DNA from: Heteronotia binoei
Lineage: Eukaryota
NCBI RefSeq assembly: GCF_032191835.1
Contig: NC_083223.1
Location: 167,772,001-167,836,000 of the forward strand
Length of the DNA stretch: 64,000 nt
Reading direction: 5' to 3'
This document shows positions 9,354 to 21,878 of the stretch, in pieces. Positions within the stretch are counted from its first letter, which is position 1, and every line of letters begins with the position of its first letter. A program made the position numbers and the translations under genes. The notes under the pieces are model-generated. The model saw only the letters and a program-made list of their open reading frames with translations. It ran no database searches and was not told the DNA's origin.

Positions 9354-10968
9354 GCAGGAACCCAATTTAGCTTGGAATTGCACTATGGAGTGAGGCACTT
9401 GCCTCCACCCATGTTGTTTTCCTGAGCTGAAACAGCCCCAGGGGGAGTTATTTCCACCTTTTCGCAATTGCACATAGACATAATACTGCAATACTTAAAT
9501 AGAGATGAAACAGCCCTTGAAGTATCATGTGTAGTTTGGCACTAAGCCCTTTGACTTCCATGAACTTTGAAGGGTATTAGTCTGCTGAGGACAGTATTGT
9601 ATGTTTAGGCTTCTAATAAAATTCTAGTCTTAGGGTTGATTCTCACTTGACTTTTATACTAAGGTACATATGAATGTAAAAGATTCCCTAGCAGCTCATT
9701 AAAGCATCTCTGGTACCTTGGAAAATGACCACCTGAGAGCTCAGAAATCCACAGTCAATGTCGGTGGGCTAGGACGGTGGACCATTGATCTAACGCCATG
9801 TAAATCACCTACCCTGAATGGCCTGAACAGCCCACTTGTTTGGTATAAGAATGAAAAGCAATAGATATTTTCCTGTCCTAAAGTTGGAAAATCTTAGGCT
9901 ATAACATGGTTTGAAACAACAGTGGGCAAAGGGAATTTTAAAAAGCAAGTATGGTTGGAACAGGAATGGAGACAGAGTTTTCTGAGTACAATGGGAGTCA
10001 AATTATGAGCAACTCTATAGTTACAGAGATAGTCACAAGATGACAGGAGCTTCCATTGAAATTTCATTCTGCTCTGTATACTATTAATCTGCCTCAGGAA
10101 TAATCATTCTCCTCAACCAGCACTCAATTTATGTCACATCATTCTGTTTCAGGGACTAGATTCTACTTTGAACATATAACTGCCCTGCTTTCTATGTTGC
10201 ATCTTATGTTCTACATTATTTTCTCCCACAGGGTCATTGCTCCAGAATATGACATGATTAACCTATGCCCTTGAAAAAGTAGCTACTTCTAGTCAAGTAC
10301 CACTGGTAGTGAAGGGTATCATAATTTGCTGATGACAGCTAGCTCTATATTTCTATGACTAGGCCTCCAGAAGCAGTTGTCTCTGCACCAGGACAGGCTG
10401 CATCTGAATCCATCCAAGATTAATGATACAGGTTCACGCGACAGATATTCTGCGTAATACTACACTGCCTGCCCTCAGTGTAGTATTTATTAGAACCCAT
10501 TTACTATAGGGGCTCTGTTGAATGTAGCTCTTGTTTGCAATGTAGGCAGGGGTGGTGGCCAAAAATAGTTTATTCGAACTTTTATTTTAGCACAACCATT
10601 AGCTCTTAGCCTAAAATCAGCTGAATTAGTTTTACTGATTCATGGTACAGCAACCTTAAGACCAGACTACTGTAGCATGCTCTACCTGCAATGGCCCTTG
10701 AAGACAACTCAGAGACTTCAACTGGTTTAAAAATGCAGCAGCTTGATTATATGCAACAAGCCTCATTCTGCACATATTCCATCTATTTTAAGAGGAATTT
10801 AAAATGCTAGCTCTTACCTTTAATTTTTAATGTTAATTTTTTACTCTTTATCTATGGACTAATAGACTTACTAGAACAGTTGCTGTCTAGTCTCCAGTTT
10901 TCTGTGTTCCCCCTCCAGCGGAATGGCCTTTCTGAATTGGAAAGTGTGTAAGGCAGAACTGTTTAGGC

Positions 10969-11247
10969 CAGGGGTCCCCAATGCAGTGCCCATGGGCACC
11001 AAGCAGCCCACCAACACCTTTTGTGGCACCAAGTGTTTGTAGAAAGTGGGTGGGGTCAGGCAGGGCTTTTGGCCAGCAAGGGTTTGAATGGCCACTGGAG
11101 ATTTTTTAAAACCTTGGTTTGGCAACAGCTAGCTATTGCAATAATTTTGCGGCTGGTTCCATCTCTTGCGTCAAGCATTTTGTGGCTGCTGCACCCACCC
11201 TGCCATGTCAGAATCCCAAAGATGTCCACAGGCTCAAAAAGGCCCTG
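10969..11247. mobile_element. hAT-Charlie-like non-autonomous element
   Basis: CAGGGGTCCCCA...CCCTG ends. TSD GTTTAGG(C/T) at 10961-10968 and 11248-11255. Confidence 0.72.
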
Positions 11248-12310
11248 GTTTAGGTATTTAAAAACTTGCTAGCAGAATTTACAGTTTTTTTAAGTTTCAT
11301 AATGGATGGCCTTTAAATATCAGTTAGTCCTTTTGAATACTTCGTTGAAGAAAGGTGGGTTCAAAATGCATTAAAATAATCCATAGTGGACATTATTGCT
11401 AGAGTGTGTCTACAGCTGATTCACGGGTGCATATTCATTGCTATTACTTCACCAAATGAATGGCGTATTGAATATCTAACATGATACCACAGAACATTTT
11501 CAAACCTTCTCAGAAACATTTCAATGCAGCATCGGTTCACACATTCAACAACAAATCATCATGTGCTGATTTGATTTGATTTATTGGATTGGTATCCTGC
11601 CCTCCCCGCTGATGCAGGCTCGGGGCAGCTCACAATACTAATAACTAAGTGATAAAAACCGGTCACTTGTTATCACATATGATGGTCCAAGTCTATATTT
11701 CAGTACATGGACCACACACAGCACAGGCAGTGGTGATCATAATGGCGAGGGGTAAAGAGGAGAGTGGGGCAGATTTCCAGTCTCTTCAACTGTACTGCCC
11801 TTCATGGCATGTTTAAAACTATCAAGCTCGGACCACTGGAGGGAAGCAGCTGCATCTTACAGACAGGCCCATAGCTACAGAGGGGCCCAGGGGGAGAAAG
11901 GCCCCACAAACCTGCTTCACCTTTCTGGCACCTCCACTATAGCTTGCTGCTCTCCTGCCAGCTTCCCCGCACTCATCCCGGCTTCCCCACTCTTGTCCCG
12001 GCTTCCTTGCACTCGTCTCGGCTCCCCCAAACTCATCCTTTCATTCATGTCAGCTTCCCTACACTCTTTGGCTTCTCCGGACTCGTGCCTCCTTGTTCTG
12101 CCTTCCCAGAGTGCCATGATGCACATCTTCCCCCCACCAGCAGAGACAGTATCCAAATTTAGCTCCGTCTGAATGTACCTCAAGTGGTCCTCGAGTGGTC
12201 CCCTGCCCCCCCCCCCAACAAAAATTGCATCTGTGAGCCCTGCCAATCTTAAAATTCTGGCTAAGGCTTTGCTTACAGACCAGCTTGAGTCCACACAAAA
12301 CGTATCTCGA

Positions 12311-14893
12311 CAGGGCCATAGCCAGAATTTGGAAGGTGGGGGGGATTTACATTTTTGCACAGCACTGATGCCAAGCCCAGTGCCCCAATGACCTTTCCTC
12401 TAGTGGCTCCCTCCCTGCCTACCTCTCTCTCTTGCCACCGCCTTCCCCTCTCCCCCCAACCAACTTGCTTCCAGGCTGGGAGCAGAAGCAGCCACCAGGC
12501 CCTTTAACTTGCGTGGGGGGCTGGGGACTGCTTCTGCTGCCGGCCCACGCGCTGTTTTAGTGGCAGGGAACAGAGGGCTGTGGGGAGCTCACCACCACTC
12601 TCTCTTCCCCAACAGAAAAATAACGTGCTGGACGGCAGCAGAAGAAGCCCCCGTGCGAGTTAAGGGCCCGCAAAAAAGTTGATCAACGGGTCCTGTAAGT
12701 AGCAGAGGGGCTGAGGGCTGCTTCTGCTGACAGGAGAAGCTCTAGGATGAATAGGCCCTAGGCAAGCGACCGCCACACTCCGATCGCCCCCAGCTGCTAT
12801 CAAGGTGCTCTGCTCGCTCCACACTACCACCACCCGCTCCGCGCTCTGCTTGCCCACCACTGCGGCGCTCCTTCTCCTCCCCCCACTCGCTGTGACTGCT
12901 GCCGGCCCCCGCGCTGCTTTAGTGGCAGGGAACGGAGAGCTAAAGCAAGCTCGCCACCAACCTCTCTTCCCCATCAGTAACATAACGTGCGGGCTGGCAG
13001 CAGAAGCAGCCTCCCGCGCGAGTTAAGGGCCTGCAAAACAGCTGATCCACAGGCCCTTTAAGTAGCGGAGGGGCACTGGGGGCTGCTTCTGCTTGCTCAC
13101 CTCCCGCCATGCTCGGTTTGCCTGCCACCACCGCGCTCCCCTGCTCGCCGCAACTGCTGCCAGCCCATGCACTGTTTTAGTGGCAGGGAATGGAGGGCTG
13201 CGGTGGCCTCACCTCTGCACTCTCTTTCCTACCAGTAAAATTACACACAGGCCAGCAGCAGAAGCAGGCCCCTGTGCAAGTTACAGCTGATCCACAGGCC
13301 CTTTAAGTAGTGGGGGGGGGGGGGGGGGCTGGAGGCTGTTTCTGCTGCCAGGAGTGGCTCTAGGGCGAATAGGCCCTAGGCACACACACACACACCCCGC
13401 GCCTCCTGCCACCACACTCCGCCCACCCCCCACTGCCATACTCCGCTCCATTGCCCCCCATGGTGCTCTGCTCCCCCGCTTGCCGCCCCTCCTCCCCCCC
13501 TCACTGCGACTGCTGCTGGCCCAGGCGCTGTTTTAGTGGCAGGGAAGGGAGGGCTGTGACAAGCTCACCACCACCCTCTCTTCCCCATCAGTAAAATAAC
13601 GCACGGGCTGGCAGCAGAAGCAGGCCCCCATGCAAGTTAAGGCCCTGCGAAACAGCTGATCCACAGGTCCTTTAAGGGGGGGGGGCTGGGGGCAGTTTCT
13701 GCTGCCAGGAGCGACTCTAGTGCGAATAGGCCCTAGGCAGGCAACCCCCCCCCGCCTTCCAGCCATCGAACTCTGCTCACCCCCAGCTGCCACTGCAGCG
13801 CTCTGCTTGCTCACCTCCCACCACACTCAGCTTGCCTGCCACCACCGCGCTCCCCTGCCACCACGCTCCCCTGTTCACCACCCCTCCTTCCCTCGCTCAC
13901 CACGACTGCTGCCAGCCCATGCACTGTTTTAGTGGTAGGGAACGAAGGGCTGTGGTGACCTCACCTCAACACGCTCCTCCCCACCAGTAAAATTACACAC
14001 AGGCCAACACCAGAAGCAGGCCCCTGTGCAAGTTAAGGGCCCGTGAAACAGCTGATCCATGGGCCCTTTAAGTAGTGGGGGGGGGGCTGAGAGCTGCTTC
14101 TGCTGCCAGGAGTGGCTCTAGGGCGAACAGGCCCTAGGCTGGCGACTCCCCCCACCCATGCCTTCTGCCACCGCACTCTGCCCACCCCCAGCTGCCATGC
14201 CCCCCCCCCGTGGTAATCTGCTCCCCCACTTGCTGCCCCTCCTCCCCCCGCTCGCTGCAACTGCTGCTGGCCCAGGCACTGTTTTAGTAGCAGGGAAGGG
14301 AGGGCTGTGGCGAGCTCACCACCACCCTCTCTTCCCCACCAGTAAAATAACGCACGGGCTGGCAGCAGAAGCAGCCCCCCATGCAAGTTAAGGGCCTGCG
14401 AAACAGCTGATCCACGGGCCCTTTAAGTATTGGGGGGGGAGGCTGGGGGCTGTTTCTGCTGCCAGGAGCGACTCTAGGGTGAACAGGCGCTAGGCAGGCA
14501 ACCTCCCCCCCCCGCACCCCCGCCCCGCCTCTGCAGTGCTCAGCTTGCTTGCCCCCGCCGTGCTTTGCTCCCCCTGCTCGTCACGACTGCTGCTGGCCTG
14601 CGCGTTGTTTTAGTGGCAGGGAAGGGAGGGCTGTGGGAGCTCACCGCCACCCTCTCTTCCCCACCAGTAAAATAACACATGGGCCGTCAGCAGAACCAGC
14701 ACCAGTTAAAGGGCCCACGGATCAGCTGATCGACAGGCCCTTTAACTCAGGACAGGCTGGGACTTTATCCCCCCCCCCGCCCCCCCCAAGCAACCTCTCC
14801 ACTGTCCTTGAGCTATGGCAGAGGCCCCAGAATCAGGGGGCCTCTTCCAGAAGTAAAAGGGCTGCGTCCTCACAGGCCCCCCCCCGTAGCCTG
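12311..14893. mobile_element. hAT-like non-autonomous element carrying an internal GC-rich tandem array
   Basis: Starts CAGGGCCATAGCC and ends GTAGCCTG. 8-bp TSD T(A/G)TCTCGA at 12303-12310 and 14894-14901. The right TIR is eroded. Confidence 0.55.
12450..14760. repeat. Degenerate tandem array of about 7 units of 260-400 bp with higher-order dimer structure
   Basis: The anchor TG(T/C)TTTAGT(G/A)G(C/T)AGGGAA recurs at about 12553, 12915, 13173, 13529, 13925, 14280 and 14606. Confidence 0.9.
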
Positions 14894-15149
14894 TGTCTCG
14901 AGTGCAATTCCCTTTACGCAACAGGACTAGCAGCAGGAACACAACACCTGCAAGCCCACAGCTCTTCCTGACAGCACTCAGGAAATCTGCATGTACTGAA
15001 TTTCTGCCCTGCCATGCAAGCTCTCAGCACAGAGAAGTTGTGCCCTCCATAAACCAGACAATCCCTCCCGCTGTGGCCGGAAGGAAAGCTAAAGGTGGGG
15101 GAGGGGGCTTCTAGCTAGCAAGAGAGATGGAGAGAGAGAGAAGGGCGAG

Positions 15150-15500
15150 AGAGGAAGTGGAGGCTCTGCCGGTACCTGCGCAGGCAGTGCTCGCACACGC
15201 CTCCCAGGCGCTTCTTGGTGACGGTGTAGGCGAAAGGTTCTGCGCGATACAGCAACTCCCCGGCCTTCGCGTGTTTGGAGAGGCGCAGACCGTTGCCTTT
15301 GCCTGGACTGGCAAACTTCTCCATGTCCGCTTTGACGGAGCTAAAGGCTAAGCAGCGAGGCCGCAGGAACATAGCCCCTTCCCGCCTCTGACACCACGTG
15401 ATGGCGTCCTCGTTACTACGGGAACCATTTTGACTAAGGGCAGATAGAGTCGGCCTTAAGATACTGACGTTCTGCTGCACCAACCTACAAAAATTACGAT
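15150..15500 (-). promoter_or_regulatory. SMYD3 CpG-rich promoter and first-exon region
   Basis: CpG-rich sequence around exon 1. E-box CACGTG at 15395-15400 next to a YY1-like GATGGCG. Confidence 0.55.
15176..15372 (-). CDS. SMYD3: SMYD3 (SET and MYND domain lysine methyltransferase 3), coding exon 1; rest of the gene lies left of the window
   Basis: Translation (MFLRPRCLAFSSVKAD)MEKFASPGKGNGLRLSKHAKAGELLYRAEPFAYTVTKKRLGGVCEHCLR resembles the SMYD3 N-terminal SET segment and the first MYND CxxC. Phase-2 donor AG|GTACCG at 15176/15175. Synteny with TFB2M and CNST favours SMYD3 over SMYD2. The start may be ATG 15372 or ATG 15324. Confidence 0.92.
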
Positions 15501-15777
15501 CTTTAGCACTTTTTTCTTTTTTAAAAAACATACCTTTTCGCTTGTTGGCTGAAACAACGGTACCTCCTGGATTTCCAGTTCAAGAGCCATGAGAAAAAAA
15601 ATGAAATCCCCGGAGATACCTGGGTTTTGCGCATCCCATATCATTTTAAATAGCAATGAAATCTGCACTTCTCAACTGGAGAGCTAGTCAGGTGCAACTT
15701 AAAACGTGGCAGAACGAAATTCACATCCCTATCGTTCACATATGACCACGATTTATATTGAGTCAGGCAGGGCCTTT

Positions 15778-16251
15778 TAAGGTTGCCAATCCCCAGGTGG
15801 GGGCAGGGGATCCCCTGGTTTGGAGGTTCTTCCAACGCTTCAGGGTCATCATTAAGCATAGGTGGGGAAATGTCTGCTGGGCACTCCATTATTCCCTATG
15901 GAGACTGAGTCCAATATGGTATAATGGAGAATTGAGCCATGGGTATCTGGGTCGGGGGGGGGGGCATTTTTTGAGGTAGAGACACCAGATTTGCAGCATA
16001 GTATCCAATGACTCTCCTCAAAAGACCTCCAAGTTTCAAAAAGTTTGGACTAGGTCCAATTCTATGAGCCCCAAAAGAAGGCACCCCTATCCATTATTTC
16101 TAATGGAGAGAAGACATTTAAAAGGTGTGCGGTACCTTTAAATGTGACGGCCAGAACTCCTTTTGGAGTTCAGTTATGCTTGTCACAACCTTGCTCCTGG
16201 CTCCACTCCCAAAGTCTCCAGATATTTCATGAATTGGACTTGGCAACCCCA
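15778..16251. mobile_element. hAT-type MITE (TAGGGTTGCCA family) about 400 bp upstream of the SMYD3 ATG
   Basis: Closely similar over its length to the copy at 58818-59346. Ends TAAGGTTGCCAA / TTGGCAACCCCA. Confidence 0.8.
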
Positions 16252-16799
16252 TAGGGCTGTATCGCCCCATCTGACAGTGGATTTCCTACACCATGCTGAG
16301 AGCCTTTTAACTACCCTTGTCTGGGATTGAACCTGAGCTTCTACAAACAAATTGTCAGTGCCACTTCTGAGCTAGGACCCCACATCTAAAACACTTCCTT
16401 ACGCCTTCAGAATTGCATTCAACTTCAGTCCACTATGAGGTGTTATAGAACAAAGTATTCAGAAGGTAAGGTTTCATGTGCTAAAAGCGTTGGAAGAACC
16501 TGAAGCGTTCGAAGAACCTCCAAACCAGGGGATCCCCTGACCCCACAGTGCTACATATAGTTGTGAATAGTGGTTAAGCATGTAAAATATGGTAAAGTTA
16601 GAATCCAATGGCAAGATAGTGAAATTAACTGAAAAACTAACAGCTTTGTCTGGATAATATAAGTTGCATGGGAAAACAGCAAAAAGCAATAAACTTGTTG
16701 GAATTGGAGAATGATGGTGAGAATGGCAGTAAATGTTAATTACTCTGTTTCTCCTCAAGCATGGGTTAAACGGAAAACATCTTTTTTCTCAAAGGTTTC

Positions 16800-17945
16800 T
16801 GTCCACCCAATATACTTTTTAGCATGTAGCATAGCATTATAAATATCATTCCAGTTTGCCAAAACAAAAAATACATTAAAATACAGCAGAAGCATTTAGC
16901 ATGTGATGAGATATACTATTCTAAGAGAAATACATTGGAATAAAGTGGATGTATGGCTCTACTTGGTGAGAATGGGTATAGCATATGTAATAAGAAACCA
17001 ATATCCCTGTTCAGTCCCAGGGAGGTGTGTGTTCCAAGTTTCATAATACTTTGTAATTCAGCAATTTCCCTCTTGAATTTCCTTCTTATGTTCTTGAAGT
17101 TCCTTTGCAGTAAAACAGCTACTTTGAGGTCACCTATTGAATGTTCTGGAAGATTAAAGTGTTCTCCCGCAGGTTTCTCAGTTTTTGTAATTTCTGATTT
17201 CAGATTTGTGTCCATTTATCCTTTAGCGTAGGGTTTATCCTGTGTAGAGAACTGAAGGGCATTGTTGGCATTTAATGGCATATATAATGTTGAAAAGTGA
17301 ACAAGTGAATGAGCCTCAGATGGTATAGCTAATGCTGTTAGGTCTATGAGCCTGCTTCAGCGGGGAGGGCAGGATATAAGCTGAAGAAATAAATAAATAG
17401 GTCCAGTGATTGTGTTGCCTGGGTGTATGTGGCAGCAAAGTTGGCACTTGGGTTAATTGCAAGCTCTGGTACCAGTGTCCATGCTCAAATGAGACGTTGC
17501 ATTGTTGTGAGTTGTTTCGAGATTAGGATGTTGTCTGTAGGCAAGAAAGGGTTTGCCCCCCAGTACTGTCACTATCCAACAGAAGTTGTAAGTCATTGAT
17601 GATACGCTGAACTGTTTTCAGTTGAGAGTTGTGCGTGACCACTAGTGATGTTCTGTTACTGTCTTTCGGGGGGGGGTCTGTCTTGTTATTCTTTCAATTT
17701 GTTAATTAAACTATCTTGCTATTGGATTCTAACTTTAAACTTTTTTGCATGCTTAACCACTACACACAAGGTATATGTAGCACTGCTCACCATACCCCAT
17801 TTCATTGTCTGATGAAGTGTGCTTTTAGCACATGAAAACTAACATTCTGAATAAAACTTTGTTGGTCTTAAAAGTGCTACTAGACTCCTACTTTGTTCTA
17901 TTGCTTCAGATCAACAAGGCTGCCCACTTGGATCTATCTGTGAGG
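16800..17945 (-). mobile_element. Penelope-like element remnant (GIY-YIG endonuclease on minus; inverted 3'/pLTR segment on plus at about 17700-17945)
   Basis: Degraded reading of FTCS..NIIYAIKCQQCPSVLYTG...EKPAGEHFNLPEHSIGDLKVAVL...LGLNRD. An L2-type tail is inserted at about 17345-17400. Confidence 0.82.
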
Positions 17946-19478
17946 TGTTATGTTACTACCCACAATTGTCACTATCAGTCAAAGTTGAGTGATTCAATAT
18001 TTAATTCTAGTCACTAATCATAATTTGTTCTTTAAAGTATGCTCCTACTAAAGGAAAATATGTACTTTACAAATGTTAATGAACAGAATTTATCTTTTTG
18101 GACCTTGCTCCTACAATAAACTGGTTATGGAAGATAGTCTAGATGGGTTGCTTTTAAATTAAATCACCCCCAAAGTCAATTATTTGAACTGCCTTGACCT
18201 GTAGGGCATCAGTTCAATTTACTCCTTAACATATTTTGATGGCCATTTGTACATACTACCATTCTTTTCCTCATTCTTGTATGTGGCTGTAACAGGTGGT
18301 GTGCCTTATTAGAATCCAAATGGTTAATATGGGTAAGGAGATAGATTTTTTTTCCATCTACTCTTTTCAGGCAATACAGATGCTAGGTGAAACACAGATT
18401 GTCATAAATGTGACAGAGAATTCATTGCATGGCTATGTTTAATTTAAAAAGTTAAGATGGATATTTACACAAAAGGAAATTAATTAGAAAGAGGTTTGGA
18501 GACAATGTTGTTACAACTAACATGTAGTTCAAACCATGCTCAAAGAACACTATCATCACTATCTGTTCAATGGTGTTGGAACCTATAGAACTATAAACAG
18601 TTGTGACTTTGTAGAAGGGACTGTCACCGCTTCCCTCAGTCCTTGTACGTCCTGAAAACTCGTTGTACATTCCTGAGTATTGAAGGAGCCTCAGAAACTA
18701 GGGATATAGAACAGGGGGCAGTAGCCAGAAATTGGGGGGAGGGGGGAACCAGCAAAAGTCACACTCTCCCAACCCTTGCATGCCTCATATACTCACACTT
18801 TCTTTGCTGCCTCCCACACCATACTCTATGGACTCACAAACCTTTGGAATGGCTTTTCAAGGGGATACAGGGCAGAAGTGGGAATGGGGAACAAAAAAAA
18901 AGCTGTCATTGGTGAATTCAATCCATTTCTGTAAGTTACAATCCATTTTTCTTTCAAAAAGGGCCGGAGGGTTCACAAACCTGCTACAATTTCTAGTATA
19001 ACACACGCACTGGAGGGAGGGGGGAATCTTTAAACTGGAAATGCACAGTTGGTCTCTACTGTGCCTTGCTCTTTTTGTTCAATGTTATTTTGGCTGCACC
19101 TTTTAAAACGGGGGTTGCACACAGGAAGCCCACAGAGCACCTAACATTCTTACAGTTAGAGAGAAATTGTAGGGCTTGCCCGTATTTAACCTGTTCTCCA
19201 ACTGCAGATCATATAACCTCAAAGGCTAAAACAAGAGTCCTTCCCCCTGTAACAGGCCTTCTGACAACCAAGGATTTTCTCATATCACAGAAAATGTCCA
19301 ACTTCAAATTAAACAGTATCAAACATACTGCCCTTGCTTGCATCTGAAGGGCCTCTGTTTTCCAAGAGGTGTTACTCTGCACAGAAGTCATCTTCATTGT
19401 TAAAGAACTTTGAATTTTTTTTCCTTTGCATCATCTTGAAAGTTACAAAGATTCTTTCCAAAGTATCCAAGCTTTGTT

Positions 19479-19665
19479 TTAAAAATTTATGGCACTGTTA
19501 TCTTCTAAGGCATCATCATAAAGCCAGCTTTGGTCAAATTCATTAGATTGTTCCATAGCTTCAAAAAGACATTTGTACTCTTCTGGATATAAACTGCCTG
19601 TTGTAACGTCTTCTGGTATCTCTATCTGTCTCAACAGATTCTTCCCACTCTCAGAACTCCATAAA
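19479..19665 (-). CDS. TFB2M: TFB2M coding exon 8 (last), to stop TAA
   Basis: tttcag|T TTA TGG... encodes (N)LWSSESGKNLLRQIEIPEDVTTGSLYPEEYKCLFEAMEQSNEFDQSWLYDDALEDNSAINF*. The eight exons sum to 1215 nt, i.e. 404 aa plus stop, with all phases compatible. Confidence 0.94.
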
Positions 19666-20890
19666 CTGAAAGACATTGGGGGAGGGGAGAGAAATCTGTT
19701 ACACTTGAATAATCAAGAATAATTAATGCTACTACTCAGAGAACATTCAGCGCTGTTAAAACCACCATTGTATATAATCTTAGTGCAAGCAAAGAAAACA
19801 GCTACCAGAAAATTCAGAAAAACCAAAATATCTATGGTATTTTCCTCCCCCCACTGAAACAAAGTCAATAGGCCAGATGATACAGAGCGCCTCTTTCCTT
19901 ATGTGGGGTGATTAAGCAAACATCCAACATGTCCCCTCAGCTCCACACAAATCGAGAACGCACATAAAATCCCCAAGTTCCCAAATGAAACCAGATAAAC
20001 TGAATGCACAATTTGTACTTTCATATACCCTATACAGAGGTTAAGGTGCACTACAAATTTCAGAAGCAGAGCAGATGAGCAGGGTGGGAAAATACATACT
20101 CTATTATGCTAAGGAAGCTAAGTTGCTTTCTATTGTTCGTCTTCCTGGCTAGCCCCAGGTAAATGTCACATTCCATACCCAAACCAAAAAGTGTTAAACA
20201 AGAATCTGATTGTTTTTTTCCTCTCAAGTCACTATCTTCCATTTTGATTACAAAAAACATAATCATTACTGTTAATTCTACAATACCGCTTCACTTGAAA
20301 TTGTCTGAAAAACCACTACATTATAATTCTTTCACTAATTTCAATGCACGGCAGCAAGTTTATAGAATGCTTTTGAAGACACATTTATGCTTCTGAAGCA
20401 GTAACCTCCTATGCTTCTGAGCTGGAAATGAAAGGAGTTTCCCAAGTAGCTTTTTATAAGGCAGTTATTGAACAATTTTTTTTAAAATCCCACTAAATAT
20501 CCTTGCTCTGGAAGGAAAGAACTGCACAATTAGTTACATGAGTCAAAAAGTGGTGGTAGATGTGTGTTTCACACTGCTACCTATTTTTGAAACAGAGGAT
20601 GAAATCAATTTTTATGGTATATGGTATGATGTTCTAAGAAAGCAAAATCAAAACTCTTACTGTGGACGCCCATGCCTTTGGATGTGCCTATAGAAGTTCC
20701 TGAATCCCAACCACTGCACTCAAATACTCAGCCACACAGCTTCTTGATCTACTTAACTGTAACTACACTGCCAACACTATACATGAAAGAATATGTTTAT
20801 ATACTTTACATTTTGCACATTTACACAACTGCCACATTCTACTAAATTCTCTACCATTTTTGTCAACTCATGGATCTGACTTTTACTTAC

Positions 20891-21042
20891 TTTAATTTGT
20901 CTACTAATTTTGTTCTGCATTTAGCAAGACACTGTTTTACCATCAGAATAAATATGCGTGAATTAGCGGCCGTCAAGCTTTCTGTAAATAAATTCTTCCG
21001 AGGTGTCATTCGTACTAAGCATAAGTGGTCATTCTGCAGCAG
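20891..21042 (-). CDS. TFB2M: TFB2M coding exon 7
   Basis: acacag|CTG...AA|GTAAGT, 152 nt. Encodes LLQNDHLCLVRMTPRKNLFTESLTAANSRIFILMVKQCLAKCRTKLVDKL. Confidence 0.95.
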
Positions 21043-21815
21043 CTGTGTGTAAAACAAAAAGAGTATGTTATTAAAATTGCATTTTGTACATATTTCAGCT
21101 ACAATTCCTGTCCAGAAGTTGAACCTGTAAAACTGAGAAAAAAGATAATTACCTTCCAAGTTGAAAAGTCCGTCAGGAATCTGAACACAGTATACAGAAT
21201 TACTTTACTGGCAAAACATTTTATTCTCTGATGTATAGATAGGTCTGGTATGTTTGGATTCTTTTGGACTATGAATATTACACTTTGTCATGAGGTATCT
21301 GTGTAACTACAGCAACAAGAAGTACCACAGCATGGATTTATTTACATACAAAAGACATTCTGTCTACCACAATATCAGTATCTTTAGTTGGTGCACTGTC
21401 CAATGAGACTCCATTCTTCTCATTAAATTAGTGTTTTTAAGTTCACATTTTGGTCCACTGCCTCCTACTACCTAGTTAAACCAAATGTGATGTGACAGAT
21501 CACTCAGTCTGTAAATGCTAGTATTCTTTGAAGGGGCTGCTTTAACACTTCACTTGTCAGCCCAAAATGACACATCTGTGTATTTCCAGCAGTGCCAATG
21601 AAGTGTTTTGTGATTCAGCATACCTCCCTCAACTATAACAATCCAAACCTTATTCTACCACTTCAGCTGGAGGAACACTCCTTAAGCTGGATTCATGCCT
21701 TTGTTTTTATGAGTGTTCCTTATGAACTATTGAATCTAGGTACTACTAGTCTCAGACATTGAACTTAGGTACTAATTTAGGCATTCACATCAGAATTCAG
21801 GAGGGGTAGGCTTAC

Positions 21816-21878
21816 CACACTCTTTGGTATGGAGAGTCCCCCATTTCTTGAATTAGTTAAAAACGAAGACCAAGGCTC
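21816..21878 (-). CDS. TFB2M: TFB2M coding exon 6
   Basis: ttctag|GAG...GTG|GTAAGC, 63 nt. Encodes EPWSSFLTNSRNGGLSIPKSV (human exon begins EPWSSF). Confidence 0.93.

Noticed and set aside
12450-14760. CRISPR-like repeat-spacer array
   Set aside because: The units are hundreds of bp long and similar throughout, so there are no unique spacers. There are no cas genes and the context is a vertebrate intron.
15176-15372. Calling this exon SMYD2
   Set aside because: GELLYRAEPFAYTV and the adjacency to TFB2M and CNST fit SMYD3; SMYD2 has GDLLFSCPAYAYVL and different neighbours.
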